Source: Lama glama (taxonomy: Eukaryota). From it: a stretch of DNA of 64,000 bases. How positions within the stretch are numbered: the first letter of the stretch is position 1; each line of letters starts with the position of its first letter. Shown here piece by piece: positions 50,300-64,000 of this stretch. The stretch spans positions 23,438,001 to 23,502,000 of the forward strand of contig CM052816.1 of NCBI GenBank assembly GCA_028534125.1, given 5' to 3'. A model generated the notes under the pieces. That model was not told where the DNA came from. It did not search any database and worked only from the letters and a program-made list of their open reading frames with translations. Made by a program: the position numbers and the translations under genes.

Positions 50300-52030
50300 G
50301 CAAATCCTGCATATTCCTTTTAAAGAGGTAAAACTGTTTTTTCCCAATAGTAAGCTCTACTTGAAATAATTATTTCAGCATGGATTTGCCTGAAAATATA
50401 CTTTTTTCACTTTAATTTTCTAAGGGCCTTTTTGCTGTGTATGGAATTCCGGTTGGCAGTTACTTTCTTTCAGCATTTCGAAATATTATTTAGCTAACCC
50501 CTGTTTCCAACTGCAGTGGTAGAGAAGTTAGGTTTTAATTTAACCATCATACATGAGAACATAATCCTTCACGTCTTCTTCTTAACCCTCTGATTGCTTT
50601 TAAATTTTCTCTTTGTCTTATTTTTCAGCAGTTACTGATGTGATCGGGTGTGGAAGCAATTTTCGTATTTGCTTTTGTATTTATCTTGCTTGTTGTTCAT
50701 AGATATTTTGAAAGAAAAGTTTTGTGCCTTTCATCAGTTTTACAAAGATTGTGTCTATTATCTCTTCAAATTGCTTCTGCTCCATTTTTATCCTGCGCTT
50801 TAGGATTCCAACCACAGTTACGTTAAGCATCATCATTACTCTACCCTGCATGCCTCTTACTGCTTTCCCCCGTATCCTGTCTCTTTGTGCATTATTCAAG
50901 ACATCTTCTCTCACCTCTTCCACTGAACAAATTCTTTCTGTTGCTTTAATTTTTTCTTTAACCACCCATGGAGTTCCTCATTAGTTATTTTATTTTTCAC
51001 TTCTAGAATTTCTATTTGTTTTTTTTTTAATAGTTTGAATTTTTTCTTGAAAAGTTCAATTCTGGCTATTATCATCTTGCATGTAATATAATTATTTCAA
51101 AATGTGAACTCGCTATTTGCAGCCCCTGTAGGTCTGTTTGTGTATGGCCGAGTCTCTTCAGGCTGCTGTAACAAAATACCACAGACTGAGTGCCTTAGAC
51201 ACAGCAGATACTTGCTTTTCCCAGTTTTGGAAGCTGGAAGTCCAAGATCAGAGTGTCAGCATGGTCAGGTCAGGGTTGTCTTGCAGGCACAGACTTCTGG
51301 AACCTTCCACGGTGGAAGGGGTGAGGGCAACCTGTGGGGTCTCGGTCACAACGGCTCCACACTCATTACCTGATCACCCCCAAAAGCCCCACCTGCTGGT
51401 ATCATCACCTTTGGGGATTAGGTTTCAATTTATGATTTTGGGGAGAACACAAACATTTAGCCAAGAGCACTATGTCTGGTTGTTCGTGGTGGCTTTTAGT
51501 CATTCTGTCTTACGTCTTCATTTTTCTGGTCATGTTTATTTGGATAATTTAGATATCTGTACAAAAAGTTATTTGGAAAAATGATTTGAGAACATATAAT
51601 CTTGTACCACCAGCTGCAGGGGGGCACTGGAAATCTGGATGGTCTCAATCCAGGTTGAGGCACTGAGGATGGTTGAACGTGAGCAGTAGTCTCTGGAAGG
51701 GCCTTTCTCATCCTGGGGTGTGTGGGGCCCTTTGCAGTCCCAACCTGACGTGAAGCTCCTGGGCTCTAATTCCCACCTCCTTGTCTTTTCCAGTGTCAAA
51801 GTGCCTTCTGCCCCCTGAAGGTCTTGGCTCTCCTGTCCCGACTGGCAAATACTTAGAGTGGAAAACAACCTCAAATCCCAGGCTAACCTCACTGGGGCTC
51901 TATCTTTTCCCAAACTTTGGTCATATAAATTTTAAATCTCTTTCCCACCCTCCAGTATTTTCATAACATGTGATTTCTCCACAAGTTTCCTACTTATTCT
52001 CATGACAGTTTTGGTCCAAGTTATCTAATC
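50300..52030 (-). mobile_element. Ancient L1/HAL1-like ORF1 and 5' region, interrupted by an MLT1 LTR
   Basis: T-rich reversed ORF1 motifs (ggttggcagttactttctttcagcattt, ctattatctcttcaaat, ttttatttttcacttctagaatttctattt). ORF 50681..50965 is L1 ORF1-like (FEEIIDTIFVKLMK). Confidence 0.6.
51140..51469 (-). mobile_element. MLT1A/B-type solo LTR
   Basis: ggctgctgtaacaaaataccacagactg...ggaagctggaagtccaagatca...ggattaggtttcaatttatgattttggggagaacacaaacatttag. Confidence 0.85.
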
Positions 52031-54480
52031 TACTCTACTAAACTTAGACGTACTTCCAATAAAATTTTAAGTTATTCTTCTAATACTCAAGTATCATGTG
52101 TAATCTCCCTACTTTGAACATCCCATTTTTGATCTATTTTTAATTTATATTATAAAACAAATCGCCAATGCAAGGCATTATACACATAAAACATCACGTA
52201 TCATGAATTCATTGGTAAAACTGTGATGAATACTTGTTTATCCAAGTTTTTCACAAGATGAATGACTAGGTAAGATTTTTACTTAAATATACTTCATTTT
52301 CCTTACATATAACATGTGACAATGATACTTCTTTTATTGGGTTATTGTTACAACTTAAATAATATATTTGCAGTGTGTTTCATAAAGTGGGTACTCAATA
52401 AATTAAATTTTCTCTCTTCTTTATCTAAGAATGAAAAATGGCTATTTTTTTTAAACTTGTGTAACTACTCATCCATACTTTTCATTATTAAAGGAAGTGA
52501 CTCAAAATTCTATTTGAGGAGTCACCTCAAATGTTCAACTTGTCATCTGTCTAAATAACTCATTACAGGAGAAAATTTACACGGACACTTTTGGACCTGG
52601 TTTCAAGCTGATTCTCTGACATTATTTTTAAACCTTGACAAGTGAAAACGAATGATGAGGACATTTATTCACTAGCTGTGTTTCATCTTCGCAGGTTTTC
52701 CCAATATTGGTATCATGTGCAGCTACGACTTCCCACTGTTCTCCCTTCCAGCGCACTACATGTAAGCCACATGAGAGCCGTCTATTTGCAGGGTCTCTAT
52801 TATTATATGGAGGTATATCTTTTTTACAGAAAAAGAAAGGGGGGAGTAGAGTTTGGTAATTCATCATTTTTTAAACAAATAAAGGGAAATAAACCACAAG
52901 TCACAAAAGCATGTGGGTGATACATGTTTGCAAATTTTAGGAACTTCGATTCAGAACCTGGTAGGGAAACATAATTAAGAATCCTCTGTGAAGGTCAGAT
53001 GGTAGTAAGTCTTCACACAAAAATATTTAACCGAAGTTTAGAAGTAATTAGAAGCATTTCAACAAAATGCATATATTTACTTTGTCACTTTCCATTTTTG
53101 TATTCCCAACAATTCTATGAACCGTTTGGCAACATATTACTAGTTATAGAAATTTCTGACCTTCCTCATTTATAAGGTTATACATTTGTAGCAACATAAA
53201 CGGCAAAAAAAAACCTTATTCTCCAACTAGTCATACAAAAATAACTACATATATTGAGTGCTAACTGTACACCGAGCACTAACAGCACTTTTACCTGCAT
53301 TATATCATTTGATCCCCAAAACAAATTTGAGATACCTGAACTGTGGAAATAGGTAAGAAGGTAATACAGAAAACTTCCAGATTTAGCTGTTGTTCAAAAT
53401 CATAACTTTCCTGGCTCCTCTCTAGTTTCACTTTTTGTTCAAGTCAGTCACATGCCACCTAGTGATATTATAAAGAACTGCAACTTATTATTTGTTAATG
53501 CAATACAGTTTTCCTACCGTGGATACTTTCCTTTCAACAGCTTCCCCCATTTCTCTTTCTTCTCCCTTTTCCTCTTCCCCTCTCTCCCTCTCCCCCTCCC
53601 CCTGCCCCCTTCTCTTTCCTGCATGTTGAAAATTAGTTAATGACATGGTAGCAATGTAGTACTTAACCACCGAAGCATGTTTGCCTCAGGCAACTCGGAC
53701 AGAAGTTTGTGCTACTAATTAATAGATAAAAATCTCTGCTTTGATAGTTAAATAAAGAAAAAAGGAAACAGGAAGAAAAAAAGTCAAGGGAAAAATTTAA
53801 GTAAATACCACTGAATGTCAATTACAGTTAGATAAAATACAAAAGGAAATTAGTTTTAATTTAGCATATTTTAATCTTACTGTGTAATACATAATTATAT
53901 ATTTTGTGCTACCTTCCTGTACCTTCAAGAAATGCTAATTATGACAACATTCTTAAGTCTAAGATTTCTCTCAAAGGAACGGAATAAAATCTTTATTTCT
54001 TTCCTTAATGTCATTCAAGCACAGTTTCAGAAGTTAGCTGCCTTATCTACATCTTCCTAGTCCTTGGTTTCAAAAAATCCCATATTATCTGATTACAAAC
54101 CGAGAGAAAAACAAGTGCTGTAATTGCAATGTCCGTGTAATAAAGGAACAAACCTGATACATATATTTTTTCTTGTATTTCATGTTGACTCTACTTAAAA
54201 GTAAGTTTATTTTACACTAAGCCAGGTCATTTATCACATTATGCAAAATAAGTAAGGACAAGAATGACTACTGTTTGCTCAGTGTCTGAAACAACGATAC
54301 TGGTAACATGGATCACAGAATCTTGAAGGGCTTCCCAGAAGAGCACTGTCTTCGTGGCACATTCATATCAACGTAGCGTGAGAAACTACCAGTGATAGGT
54401 TATTTGGGGGAAGTACCCAAAACATCTCCCCAACATGCTAGCTAGACTTCCAGGTTTTTTCCATTTAGAAATTAAATTCT

Positions 54481-57400
54481 GGGAGAAGTGTGGCCCAGGT
54501 GGTGCTGTAGGAAGATCTTGACCTCACCTCCTCCCCCAGGCACACCAAAATTACAACTATTCGCAGGACATCGATCAATGAGAATGACCTGAAGACAAGC
54601 AGAAAGGATTTCCCACAGCTAAAGGGATAGAGAAGGAACAAGAACGAGACAGGTAGGAGGGGTGGAGATGCAGTAGAGTCAGGATCCGAACCCAGGGGGG
54701 TGACCCCCAGACGGGAGAATAATTGCAGAGGTGCTCCCTAAGGAGCACGGGGTCTGTGCCTCAATCACGCTCCCCAGCCCAGTGGTCCTGCATTGCGTAG
54801 AGGCCCGAAAACATCTGGCTTTGAAGGCCAGTCGGGCTTGCACACAAGAGAGCCAAAGGCCAGGAGGATGCAGAGATTCCACTCTTAAAGGCCATGTGCA
54901 AAATCTCACATGATCTGAGTCCCGGCACAGAGGCTATAATTTGAAGACAGACTGCCCAGTCCCACTTACTGTCTTGGAGAGCTTGTCAGAGAGGCAGGAG
55001 GCAATTGGGCCTCCCCCTAGGGACATAGCCACTGATGACAGCCATCCTGGGAAGCTCATTCTAAGATGCAGATACTGGTGCTGACAAGGGCCATTTTGGA
55101 GTCCTTCCTCTAGCCTAGTAGGGTGAGGGCTTACCTTCCCAATAGCAGGCTGGCCTAGTCCTGGGAACCCCCCAGGTTACACAGTTAGCCACTCAGGGAC
55201 ACATACCCATCCACCGGAAGGCTGGTGCCAGCCCTGGGCCCCTCCAGCCCCACAGCCAGCCATCCCAGGCGCCAGCCTCACCCATGAGGGGGCTAGCACT
55301 GGCTCTGGGCCCTCTCCATCACCACAGAAGGCAGGGCCAGGCAACCAACCAGCTCCCACTACTAGCACACATAGGAGTTGGCCAAGCCGCTATAGGAGGG
55401 CCCACCTCACCCATATAGGGGCACCTGTAGAGAATACAGCTCTGATGACTAGTGGGCAGTGTGCTGCTGGGCCCCACAGGACGTCTCCTGCATAAGGCCA
55501 CTTCTCCAAGATCAGGAAACATAACCAACCTACCTAATGTACAGAAATAAACACAAAATGTAAGGCAAAATGAGGAGATAGAAATATGTTCCAAACAAAG
55601 GAACAAGATAAAACCTCAGAAGAAGAATTAAATGAAGTGGAATAAGCAACCTTCCCAACAAAGAGTTCGAAGTGATGATCGTAAAGATGCTCAATGAACT
55701 TGGGAGAAGGATGGATCAACTCAGAGAGAAATTTAACAAAGAGGTAGCAAACATGAAGAGGACTCAAACAGAGCTAAAGAATACAGTAACTGAAATAAAA
55801 AAACACACAAGAAGAAATCAATAGTAGGTAGATGATACAGAGGAATGGATCAGTGATCTAGAAGATAGCATAGTGGAAATCACCCAAGCCAAACAAACAA
55901 ACAAACAAAAAAGAATTCTAAAAAGGGAGGGTAGTTTAAGAAACTATACATATTGAAAATCCTAAACATACCACTGAATCACTAGTAGAACTAAGAAATG
56001 AAATCCATAAAGTTGTAGGATACAAAATTAACCAGGTGTGGTGTTTCAAAATTAACTAATGTGTGGTGTTTCTAATGCTAACAATGAACTATCAGTAAGA
56101 GAAATTAAGGAAACAATCCCATTTACAACTGCATCAAAAAGAATAAAATACTTAGGAATAAGTCTACCCACTGGATAAAAGACTTGTACTTAGAAAACTG
56201 TAAGACTCTGATGAAAGAAACTGATGACACAAACAGATGGAAAGATATACCGTGTCCACGGACTGAAAGAATGAATGTTGTTGAAATGAATCACCATACT
56301 ACCCTAGCCAATCCACAGATTCAATGCAATCCCTATCAAACTACCAATGGCATTTTTCACAAAACTAAAACAAATAATTCAAAAATTCGTATGGATACAG
56401 AGAAGACCCCAAACAGCCAAAACAATCTTGAGAAAGAACAAAGCTAGAGGTATCACAGTCCTTGATTTCAAACTATAATACAAAGTTACAGCAATCAAAA
56501 CAGTATGGTAGTGGCACAAAAACAGACACATAGAACAATGGACCAGAAATAAACCCACACTTATATGCACAACTAATCTACAACAAAGGAGGCAAGAATA
56601 CATAATGGGTAAAAAAAACCAACCTCTTCAATAAATAGTGTTAGAAAAACTGGATAGTTACATGCAAAAGACCAGACTGAACTACTTTCTCACACCACAT
56701 ACTAAAATAAACTCAAAATGGACTAAAGGTTGAAATGTAAAATCTGAATCCATAAATCTCCTAGAAGAAAATGTACGCTGTTTGACACTGGTCTTAGCAA
56801 TATTATTTTGGATATGTCTCCTCAGACAAGGAAAACAAAAGCAGAAATAAACAAATGGGACCTAATAAAACTAAAAAGCTTTTGCCCAGCAAAGGAAACT
56901 ATCAGCAAAACAAACAGGCAGGCTACTGACTCAGGGAAGATATTTGCAAACGATCATTCTGATAAAGGGTTAATATCCACATGCTCCCGCAATTCTACTT
57001 CAGGGTCTTTACCCAAAGAAAACAAACTAATTCAAAAAGACAAAGGCATCCTAATGTTCACTGAAGCATTATTTGCAGTAGTCAAAGTACGGAAACAACA
57101 TAAGTGTCCATCAATAGATAATGAATAAGGAAAACGTGATACACACACCCACACATACACACACCGGAGTATTACTCAGCCATAAAAAACCTTGCCTTTT
57201 GGGATAACATGGGTGGACCTAGAGTGTATCCTGCTAAGTGAAGTAAGTTAGACAAAAAAACTCAAGTACCACGTGATCGCACTTACATGTGGGATCTAAA
57301 AAACAAAACAACCAACCAACCAAAACAAAACACAAAGAGACTCACAGATACAAAGGGGTAGTTTCCAGGAAAGAGGGGTCTTGAGGTAGGCGGAATAGAT

Positions 57401-57630
57401 GTAGGGGATTAAGAGGTACAAACCTCCAGTTATATAATAAATAAGTCACAGGGACATAATACACAGCATAAGAAATATGTTCAATAATATTGTAATAACT
57501 TTGTATTGGGACAAATGATTATTAGACTTTTCATGGTGTTCATTTCATAATGTGTGCAAGTATCAAATCATTATATAATAGACGTGAAACCAACATAATA
57601 TTTATGTCAACTCTATTTCAATTTTAAAAA
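54481..57630 (+). mobile_element. L1 with 5'UTR, ORF1 N-terminus and 3' end, internally deleted
   Basis: 5'UTR (gacctcacctcctccccc...); ORF1 start region near 55570 (ttccaaacaaaggaacaagataaaacctcag); jump near 55945 to ORF2 (catattgaaaatcctaa); further deletion near 56980; 3'UTR ends aactctatttcaattttaaaaa. Confidence 0.9.
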
Positions 57631-59289
57631 ATTAAGTGTTAGGCCATACAGTTAAAAAGGGAAGCCTCATGTAAATGAGTCTGGAAGAAGACGACTCATT
57701 TTGTTCATGAACAAAATGGATGAGTGCATCCCTACCTGTGTCATAACCTTTCCTCCAGGCCCATTTCATAGCGTTCCTAGAGTCTGAAATCAGGTGGGAA
57801 GAAGAACGCAGTAAAGAGGGGGAAATGCATCCAAACAGATGACAGAAAAACATTTTGCCTACTTGACACCTCCTCGGGTGGACCTCATCCTTCCTGCACA
57901 GCTTAGAACTGAAGCTCAAACCCAAGCTTCCATCTCTTACGTTCCTGCAGGCTCTAGATGAAGAGCGGGCTACGGACACAAGCCAGCCTCTCTCTGCAGA
58001 CTGAGTGGCAGGAAGAGTAGGGAGCGGCTCACTTCCTGAGATAGCTCTTTGTTGGGGGGGGGGCAGATGTGAGGGGAATGGAAACAGCAGGGCGCCACAG
58101 GGCATCTCAGATGTGCGGGCTGTTAGACCCAGCCCCCGGCTTTAAATTACATGACTGAGTCACTTACGGCGTGTAACACCTTTAAAAGAAGTATCGTGTG
58201 TGTGTAGGAGACCAGGAAGAGAGAAGCAGCTCTAAATTTGATAATAAGAGAAAAGATGTATTAACACCAAGTCTATGACACTGTCCACAAAATTCCACAT
58301 ATTGCCAGTTTCCATACAATTTTCATTTTTCCAAATGGTTCCAGTCATCTCCGTGAGGGGGTGTAAAACAGTTTACGCCAGCAATATACGTGTATGTTAT
58401 ATATATATGTATGAGCTTTAAAAGCCAGGAGGCTTTAGGAAAGCATTTATGCCAATTTAATTAAGGATAGGGGAATAATGAATTACTTAGTAAATATTTT
58501 AAAAGTCTAAATCACATGGAAAGGAAATTACTGACATTATATATGTTATATTATACAATTTGTGGTGTCGCCATAAAATGGAAACTTTTCTCAACCTACT
58601 TATTATCTCTCTCGCACTCACATAGACACGATGCACACACACTTCTTTTTTCATCTTGAGTTTTCTCCTAAATAAGCAGACTTCACAGGCCTGGCCTCGA
58701 TGCCAAAATGAACCCCTTTCTTTCACTGATTGAGATCTGGCTCAACAGCCAGTGTTTCCTGCTGGGTCCTGACAGAGGGTGCATTCATATTTTATCCTAA
58801 TTTATTCATTATCGAACATCCAGCCTTCGGAAGATAAAACAAAGACCCAGTGAACAATGAGGGGAGAACTCACTGGTTTGTTTTCATCTTCACTCTCAGA
58901 TGAAAGGATTCTTCAGTAGCACTGCCCGCTCTACCAATACATCACCCAGGTAATTGGAGGGAGGAGTGGGCAGCATGACAGGCTGGGCCAAATCAACCTT
59001 CTGCATCCACTGGTGCACGGAATAATTGCCAACATCAAAAGTATCTAATGAGAACTTGAGAATCCGTGGTATTATATTAGTTGACCCAATCTTGTAATTA
59101 AGTATCAAAAATCCCCAAGCTTTTTGTGAACATTTACAAGTTACACAGCATGATCTCTACACATGCAAAACAAAAGACCTTAGTCATACTTTCCTTCTCA
59201 GAGGAAAGCTTTAATGACAGCTCTGGACAAGCACCAGATTTTCAGTATCAAAGACCCCAGTTTCTGTGTTAGTTCTGCAGCTTCGAGAT

Positions 59290-59440
59290 TGCCTGATAAT
59301 GGGTAAGTCACATATTTATTATTTATAAAGAGGGATATTACCTTCCTCGAGGGCGTCTGAGCAGATGAAATCATAATGTGGCAATTGCTTTGTAAAATGT
59401 GAAGTATCTAACAAATGCTCAGTATGTCTGTTATTATTAC
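59290..59440 (+). mobile_element. MIR SINE
   Basis: gggtaagtcac...tataaagagggatattaccttcctcgaggg...acaaatgctcagtatgtctgttattatt. Confidence 0.55.
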
Positions 59441-59814
59441 GACTAACCCGGGTATTATTGCTTGCACTCATCAGAAAAGGTAGCAAAGACAGCAACATCC
59501 TGCAACACGAGGCTTCATGTAGTAATGCTGCAAACTTGTGATGATTTGACCGTGCCATAGTAGCTCAAATATGTAGATTTTCTGCCCTACTTAAAATTCT
59601 AACACAGAAAATTTATTCTTTGGTTTAAGACATCAAACTGTGTGAAAGGCACCATAGCAACATGAAGATAAACAAATGAACCCTGTCTTCTCCTCTTGTG
59701 ACTGACCCTGATAAGAATCGGGAGACAACAGTCATAGAGAGGCATGGGTACACCGGGTGAGAAAGGAAGTCAATTCACAACCAGCATGGGAAGAAACCAA
59801 AGGAATCTTTAGAA

Positions 59815-60850
59815 CTGCAGCTGGTTTGAGGTTCTCCACGGTGTCTTACCAGTGATGACGCCATTTTACGTTTAGTGTTGCTGTTCTGGTCTAATCAGTC
59901 AACTCCAGACACATCACTGTGGCCCTTGAAACTAATCTGTGTTACATTTTTGGCTTTCTTGATCATACGCAGTCTGAAAAATAATCCATGGTTTATTGCA
60001 AAGGGTGCTCAACGATGTACTGACAGTCAAGTTATTCAGTGGATTTCCCAGTCTCACTGCCACCCACAGACATCTGGTATTCCTGAGTGCTGGAACAGCC
60101 CCTTTAAAAACCGACTGCAGAAGATTCCTGCCTCTGCCTCCCTCCTCTCCTACTGGTCCTCAATGTCATAGAGCAGTTTGGTCACTTAATGTGGGTGACC
60201 TCTCGGAAAGGGGTCTTCTCCCTTTGGCTACTTCTTGGGTAATGAGCAGGGCAAGAGGAGTAGAGGGTTATTTAAACATTAATTTGGAAAATTCAGGATT
60301 CTGTCAGGGCCATTTTTGGACGTGATACTCCTTTCTTTCCCATGATGGCAACCTCAGGCCAGCCTGGATGGCACATTCTCCAGGTGATAGCCTGGCCAAA
60401 AGGGGATCTAAGAAATGCAAACTTGATTCTGGTTTGGCTACTTGGATGTTTTGTTGGACAGACATGATCCTAGGTCATATGGGCAATGACCACTTAGCTA
60501 AGTACACTGCTTACCAAGAGGCTGCGTGTGCCAACGTGGGATATTAGGGGTCTCTGTGTGTTTTATAAAAATGCACCTGTCCCTTCTTAACAAAAGGTCT
60601 GCACATGGAAAGGGGGTATTTGGTACCTATGCAAGTTATAGCGGTTAAAATGGGACATCCCGATTTTGCAGTGGTAGAGGGCTAACAACGACCTTGGTAC
60701 CAAGGAAGAGAAACCTTAACCCCAGGAGTGACAGGGGAGGTAAGGGAGTATTAAAAAAAAAATAATAAGGTAAGAAGACCTGAAATAAAATCTTTAGCCA
60801 GGACAATGGTTGAGAAATCTTAAAATGCTGATTAAAAATTAAGTTGACTC
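59815..60850 (+). mobile_element. ERV-L class (ERV3-16A3/HERV16-like) integrase remnant
   Basis: Frameshifted integrase core: RCLTSDD, HITVALETNLCYIFGFLDHTQSE, FIAKGAQRCTDSQVIQWISQSHCHPQTSGIPECWNSPFKNRLQK, RAVWSLN. Matches the retroviral integrase motif ..HPQASG.VERWNGLLK. The right boundary is uncertain. Confidence 0.75.
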
Positions 60851-63619
60851 AAAAAACACTGGCGTGTCCTGGATAGGAGAGGTGATCACATAAAACGCTG
60901 AGACACTTGTTTGATCCTGGGTCATGGTAGTGAGTTGGAGCTACTGATGGTGACTACGGTGGGTTTATATGAGGGACAGGCACTCTGCTAAGTAAGGAGT
61001 CAATTCAAAAATACAGAAATTTAATCAGGGAAGAGGTTTCTTAATGCACACACAAATCTCTGCTCATTTATTTGCTTCTTTCAGCCCCATAGGATTAATT
61101 TATCTCTAATAGATGTCAGCTTTAACAAGGCATTGATTTAATATTTGTTTAGAAATAGAAATTTAATTAACATCACTCTAATTTTTTTTTTAAATGTGGA
61201 CAAAAGAAGGTGATGATCCTTTGGCCTTTAAGAAGAAGACAGAATTCTACACAACTAAAGAATTCACTACATAAGCTCACAAAAGGCATGAATTTAATTC
61301 TTACTTTTCTTCCAAGTATTACAAATAAATTTAGAGTAGATATATGCTTATATATACACATGTATTTATATATCGCACACATATATGCATATATATGTAT
61401 GTACACTTCATATCTACATACTTTAAATGATTGTTGACTGAAAGGTTGATGTACTTTTATTCCAAATATTTTAGATATAAATTATTAATTATAACTTTTT
61501 AACTTTATTCTCATGTTTAAGATGAATCAGAATTTTAATGACATATATTTTAAATATGTCATATTAGAACAACACAGCTGTATAATTTCTCTCAAAGGTT
61601 AGGAAAGTGCTAAAAATCATGGATTTTAAATTGTTCCTGTGTTAAAAATCAACTTGAAAACAAGTGCTCCAGAGTGCAGAACCCAGAAACTTTGCTGTCT
61701 TTTCAGTCTTCATGTTATGTCATGGATTAAATTGTTATCTTTTAAAATCTGAAAACATTTCAGTAATCACATCTTGTCTCGAAGGCACTGCATAGGAATG
61801 GTTCTTTTATTTCTTTCTCCCTCCCTCTTTTTTCAGAGTAGCAAAGCTCTTCCAAAGCAATTGAGAGTTAGTCTTTTCTTACCAAAATCACAAAATATAT
61901 TTGAACTAATACTCCATAGGTTACAGAATAACAGTATTCTAGTCACTAAAAAGGCCAAAGATAAACTAATTTTCAAAGATCTGTTAGAGAAATATCTTAA
62001 GAATTTTATCGGATTTTATTCTTTCTGTTTCTTGGTCAATTCTTAATCTGTTGCTTTTCAATTAAAATTATTGCTAGACTTAATTTTTAAGCTTTTTAAA
62101 AAAATTAGACAGGCGCAGAACTTCTGTTTCAATAGTTATAAAATGCATAAATACAAGCATATAAACTAGGAGTGAATGGTATATGTATAAAATTAAGAAA
62201 ATCTGAAAACAAAATTTACTAACACTGAGAGTGGATGGTACACAACTGGGAGCACCTAAAAAAAAAAAAATCTGCTCTCTGTGCCAGAGACTTCCAGCTT
62301 TAAAGTCATTTTATTCCCTGAAAAAATACTTTTAATAAGAGTAGACTTTCAGATGGACTAGGTTCCCATACATCCAAAATAAAGATTTGCATATTTGTGA
62401 ATACACTAGGGCTTAAGTAAAATGACTTATAAAAAATGCCACATATCTTCTGCCGGTTGAAGGTTAGTGCTTTTAACATACATCTTATCACCACTGTTCC
62501 TCTGGGAAAAAAATGTTTTAATTTTGCAAAAATATCCACATTTAAACATTTACAAGACAAGGAGCAGGCTGTACCCTATATCTGATAAACAACTTCAATG
62601 AGGTTTTAAGTTACTACCCAATTTTCAGCTACCCATTCAGATCACGTTTCCATTACTTTCTGTTACTGTTGAAATTGATGAACGATTCTATGCAAAGGAA
62701 GTCTTTCTGAAGAACTCTGAGGGTTTCAAGTCTCTCTTCTCTTTATCCATTTAGGGTAGTTTCTTCCGAAAGCTAATGAAGCGAATACATTTAGGAGAAA
62801 GGACTAAATTCCTGAAGCTTAAAACTTTCATTTGAGAATTCAGAATCTAGTTCTCTTTCTAAAAAATTGCAGATAGAGAATCAGAGCTTCTCAGTTGAAT
62901 TATAGGACACTTCTACACAACAAAACAAAGACTGGGTGTAATGAAAGTATAATATTCTCATACCTACCATAATGCCTTTTAAGAAGGAAAATTCCAGTGA
63001 TAAAAATAAAACTCCAGGACCCAAGAATTCAGAGAGCTCAGAGTACCTATTATATACAGGTGTAGAGGAGTCCTATCAAAAAAATTATATTTACTTGCAT
63101 CATTTTAATTTGCCTACACAGCAATCATCTCTGTTTTTCTGTATACATGGATACCATCATGGCATTATGAAAATGTTAGATTATGCATTTACTTTGTCTT
63201 AAAGTTTTTTAAAAAAAAAAGTAACAAAAAAGATTTTAGAATTTAATCCTAAGAGTTGTATGCAAATACCTTTTTTTGAATTTGAAAAATAATATTGATG
63301 CATGAAAATAATTTCAACACGTGGGAACGTTTTCAAATTAAAAACAATCCCCATTTGCTCTTCTTCAATGTCCAGCATAATTCTCCACTATACACTTCTA
63401 CTAAGAATGACTAGATATGTTTTCAGAGATTTTAGTTTGTATACAAATAAATGCCTTTACCTGCATCAAAATAGCTTTCATAAGGTTTCAGTAACAATTC
63501 ATTTCAATTCTCAGTGACATTTAATGTTGAAATTTATTTATTTGAAATATCTTCATCTTTCCTTATATAGAATTAGTCATTCTTTTTTTTTTTTTTTTTT
63601 TTTGGCCTGAAACATTACC

Positions 63620-63945
63620 CCACTTCTTCACTATCTTCATCTACACAAATCTTGTTCATCCTTCCATTCTCAGGTAGACTATCACGCTCTCAAGGAAACT
63701 TGCTGCAGACTCAGATGAGGTCAGTTCATTCCCAGAACTATTATTCTTTCCTTCACAGCACCAATCAGCACAATCATTTTACATTTACTAATAAAGTACT
63801 TTGATTAAAGATCCTTCATCAATGCAGCGTGCTCTCCAAGAGGACAGTGAGCACATATGTGTTGAGCTCAGCTTATTCTCAACAAGTTGCAGAATTTCTG
63901 GAATACAGCAAGCACTTAATAAGTGTCCATTAAATGAATGAATGA
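63620..63945 (+). mobile_element. LINE2 3' end
   Basis: Ends in tggaatacagcaagcacttaataagtgtccattaaatgaatgaatgaa, the canonical L2 (TGAA)n tail. Confidence 0.85.
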
Positions 63946-64000
63946 AAAATAAGTAGAAATTCTCTCATCAATAGTCAGAGGACATGAACAATAGTATTCA

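Noticed and set aside
51610..51630. CTCF-like cagctgcaggggggcactg
   Set aside because: An extra G breaks the register with the core motif; weak match.
57632..58105. 157-aa minus-strand ORF
   Set aside because: No recognisable homology or exon structure; consistent with chance.
1..64000. A novel prokaryotic-type system (CRISPR, defence island, operon) or tRNA/rRNA genes
   Set aside because: The window is clearly mammalian, with a spliced gene and L1/L2/MIR/ERV repeats. I saw no repeat-spacer array, operon or structural RNA gene.

Overview
Mammalian genomic DNA, probably a camelid judging from a young L1 3' end at about 22.4 kb and the absence of Alu, B1/B2 and Bov-A/tA SINEs. The only protein-coding sequence I can support is the 5' end of ADAMTS19 on the minus strand: coding exon 1 at 2143-2233 and exon 2 at 866-1518, inside a CpG island at about 700-3150. 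The gene continues off the left edge. The remaining ~61 kb is upstream intergenic DNA dominated by old transposable elements. These include a three-layer L1/MaLR provirus/L1 nest, a degenerate ERV-L provirus whose LTR carries a consensus CTCF motif, an ERV-L-class integrase remnant, two L1s that keep both ends but have large internal deletions, twin-priming inversions, L2 and MIR. One stretch resembles a single arm of the human MIR4460 hairpin in the syntenic position. I found no prokaryotic-type system, RNA gene or CRISPR array. Repeat family names and boundaries come from recalled consensus sequences, are approximate and need RepeatMasker/Dfam confirmation.
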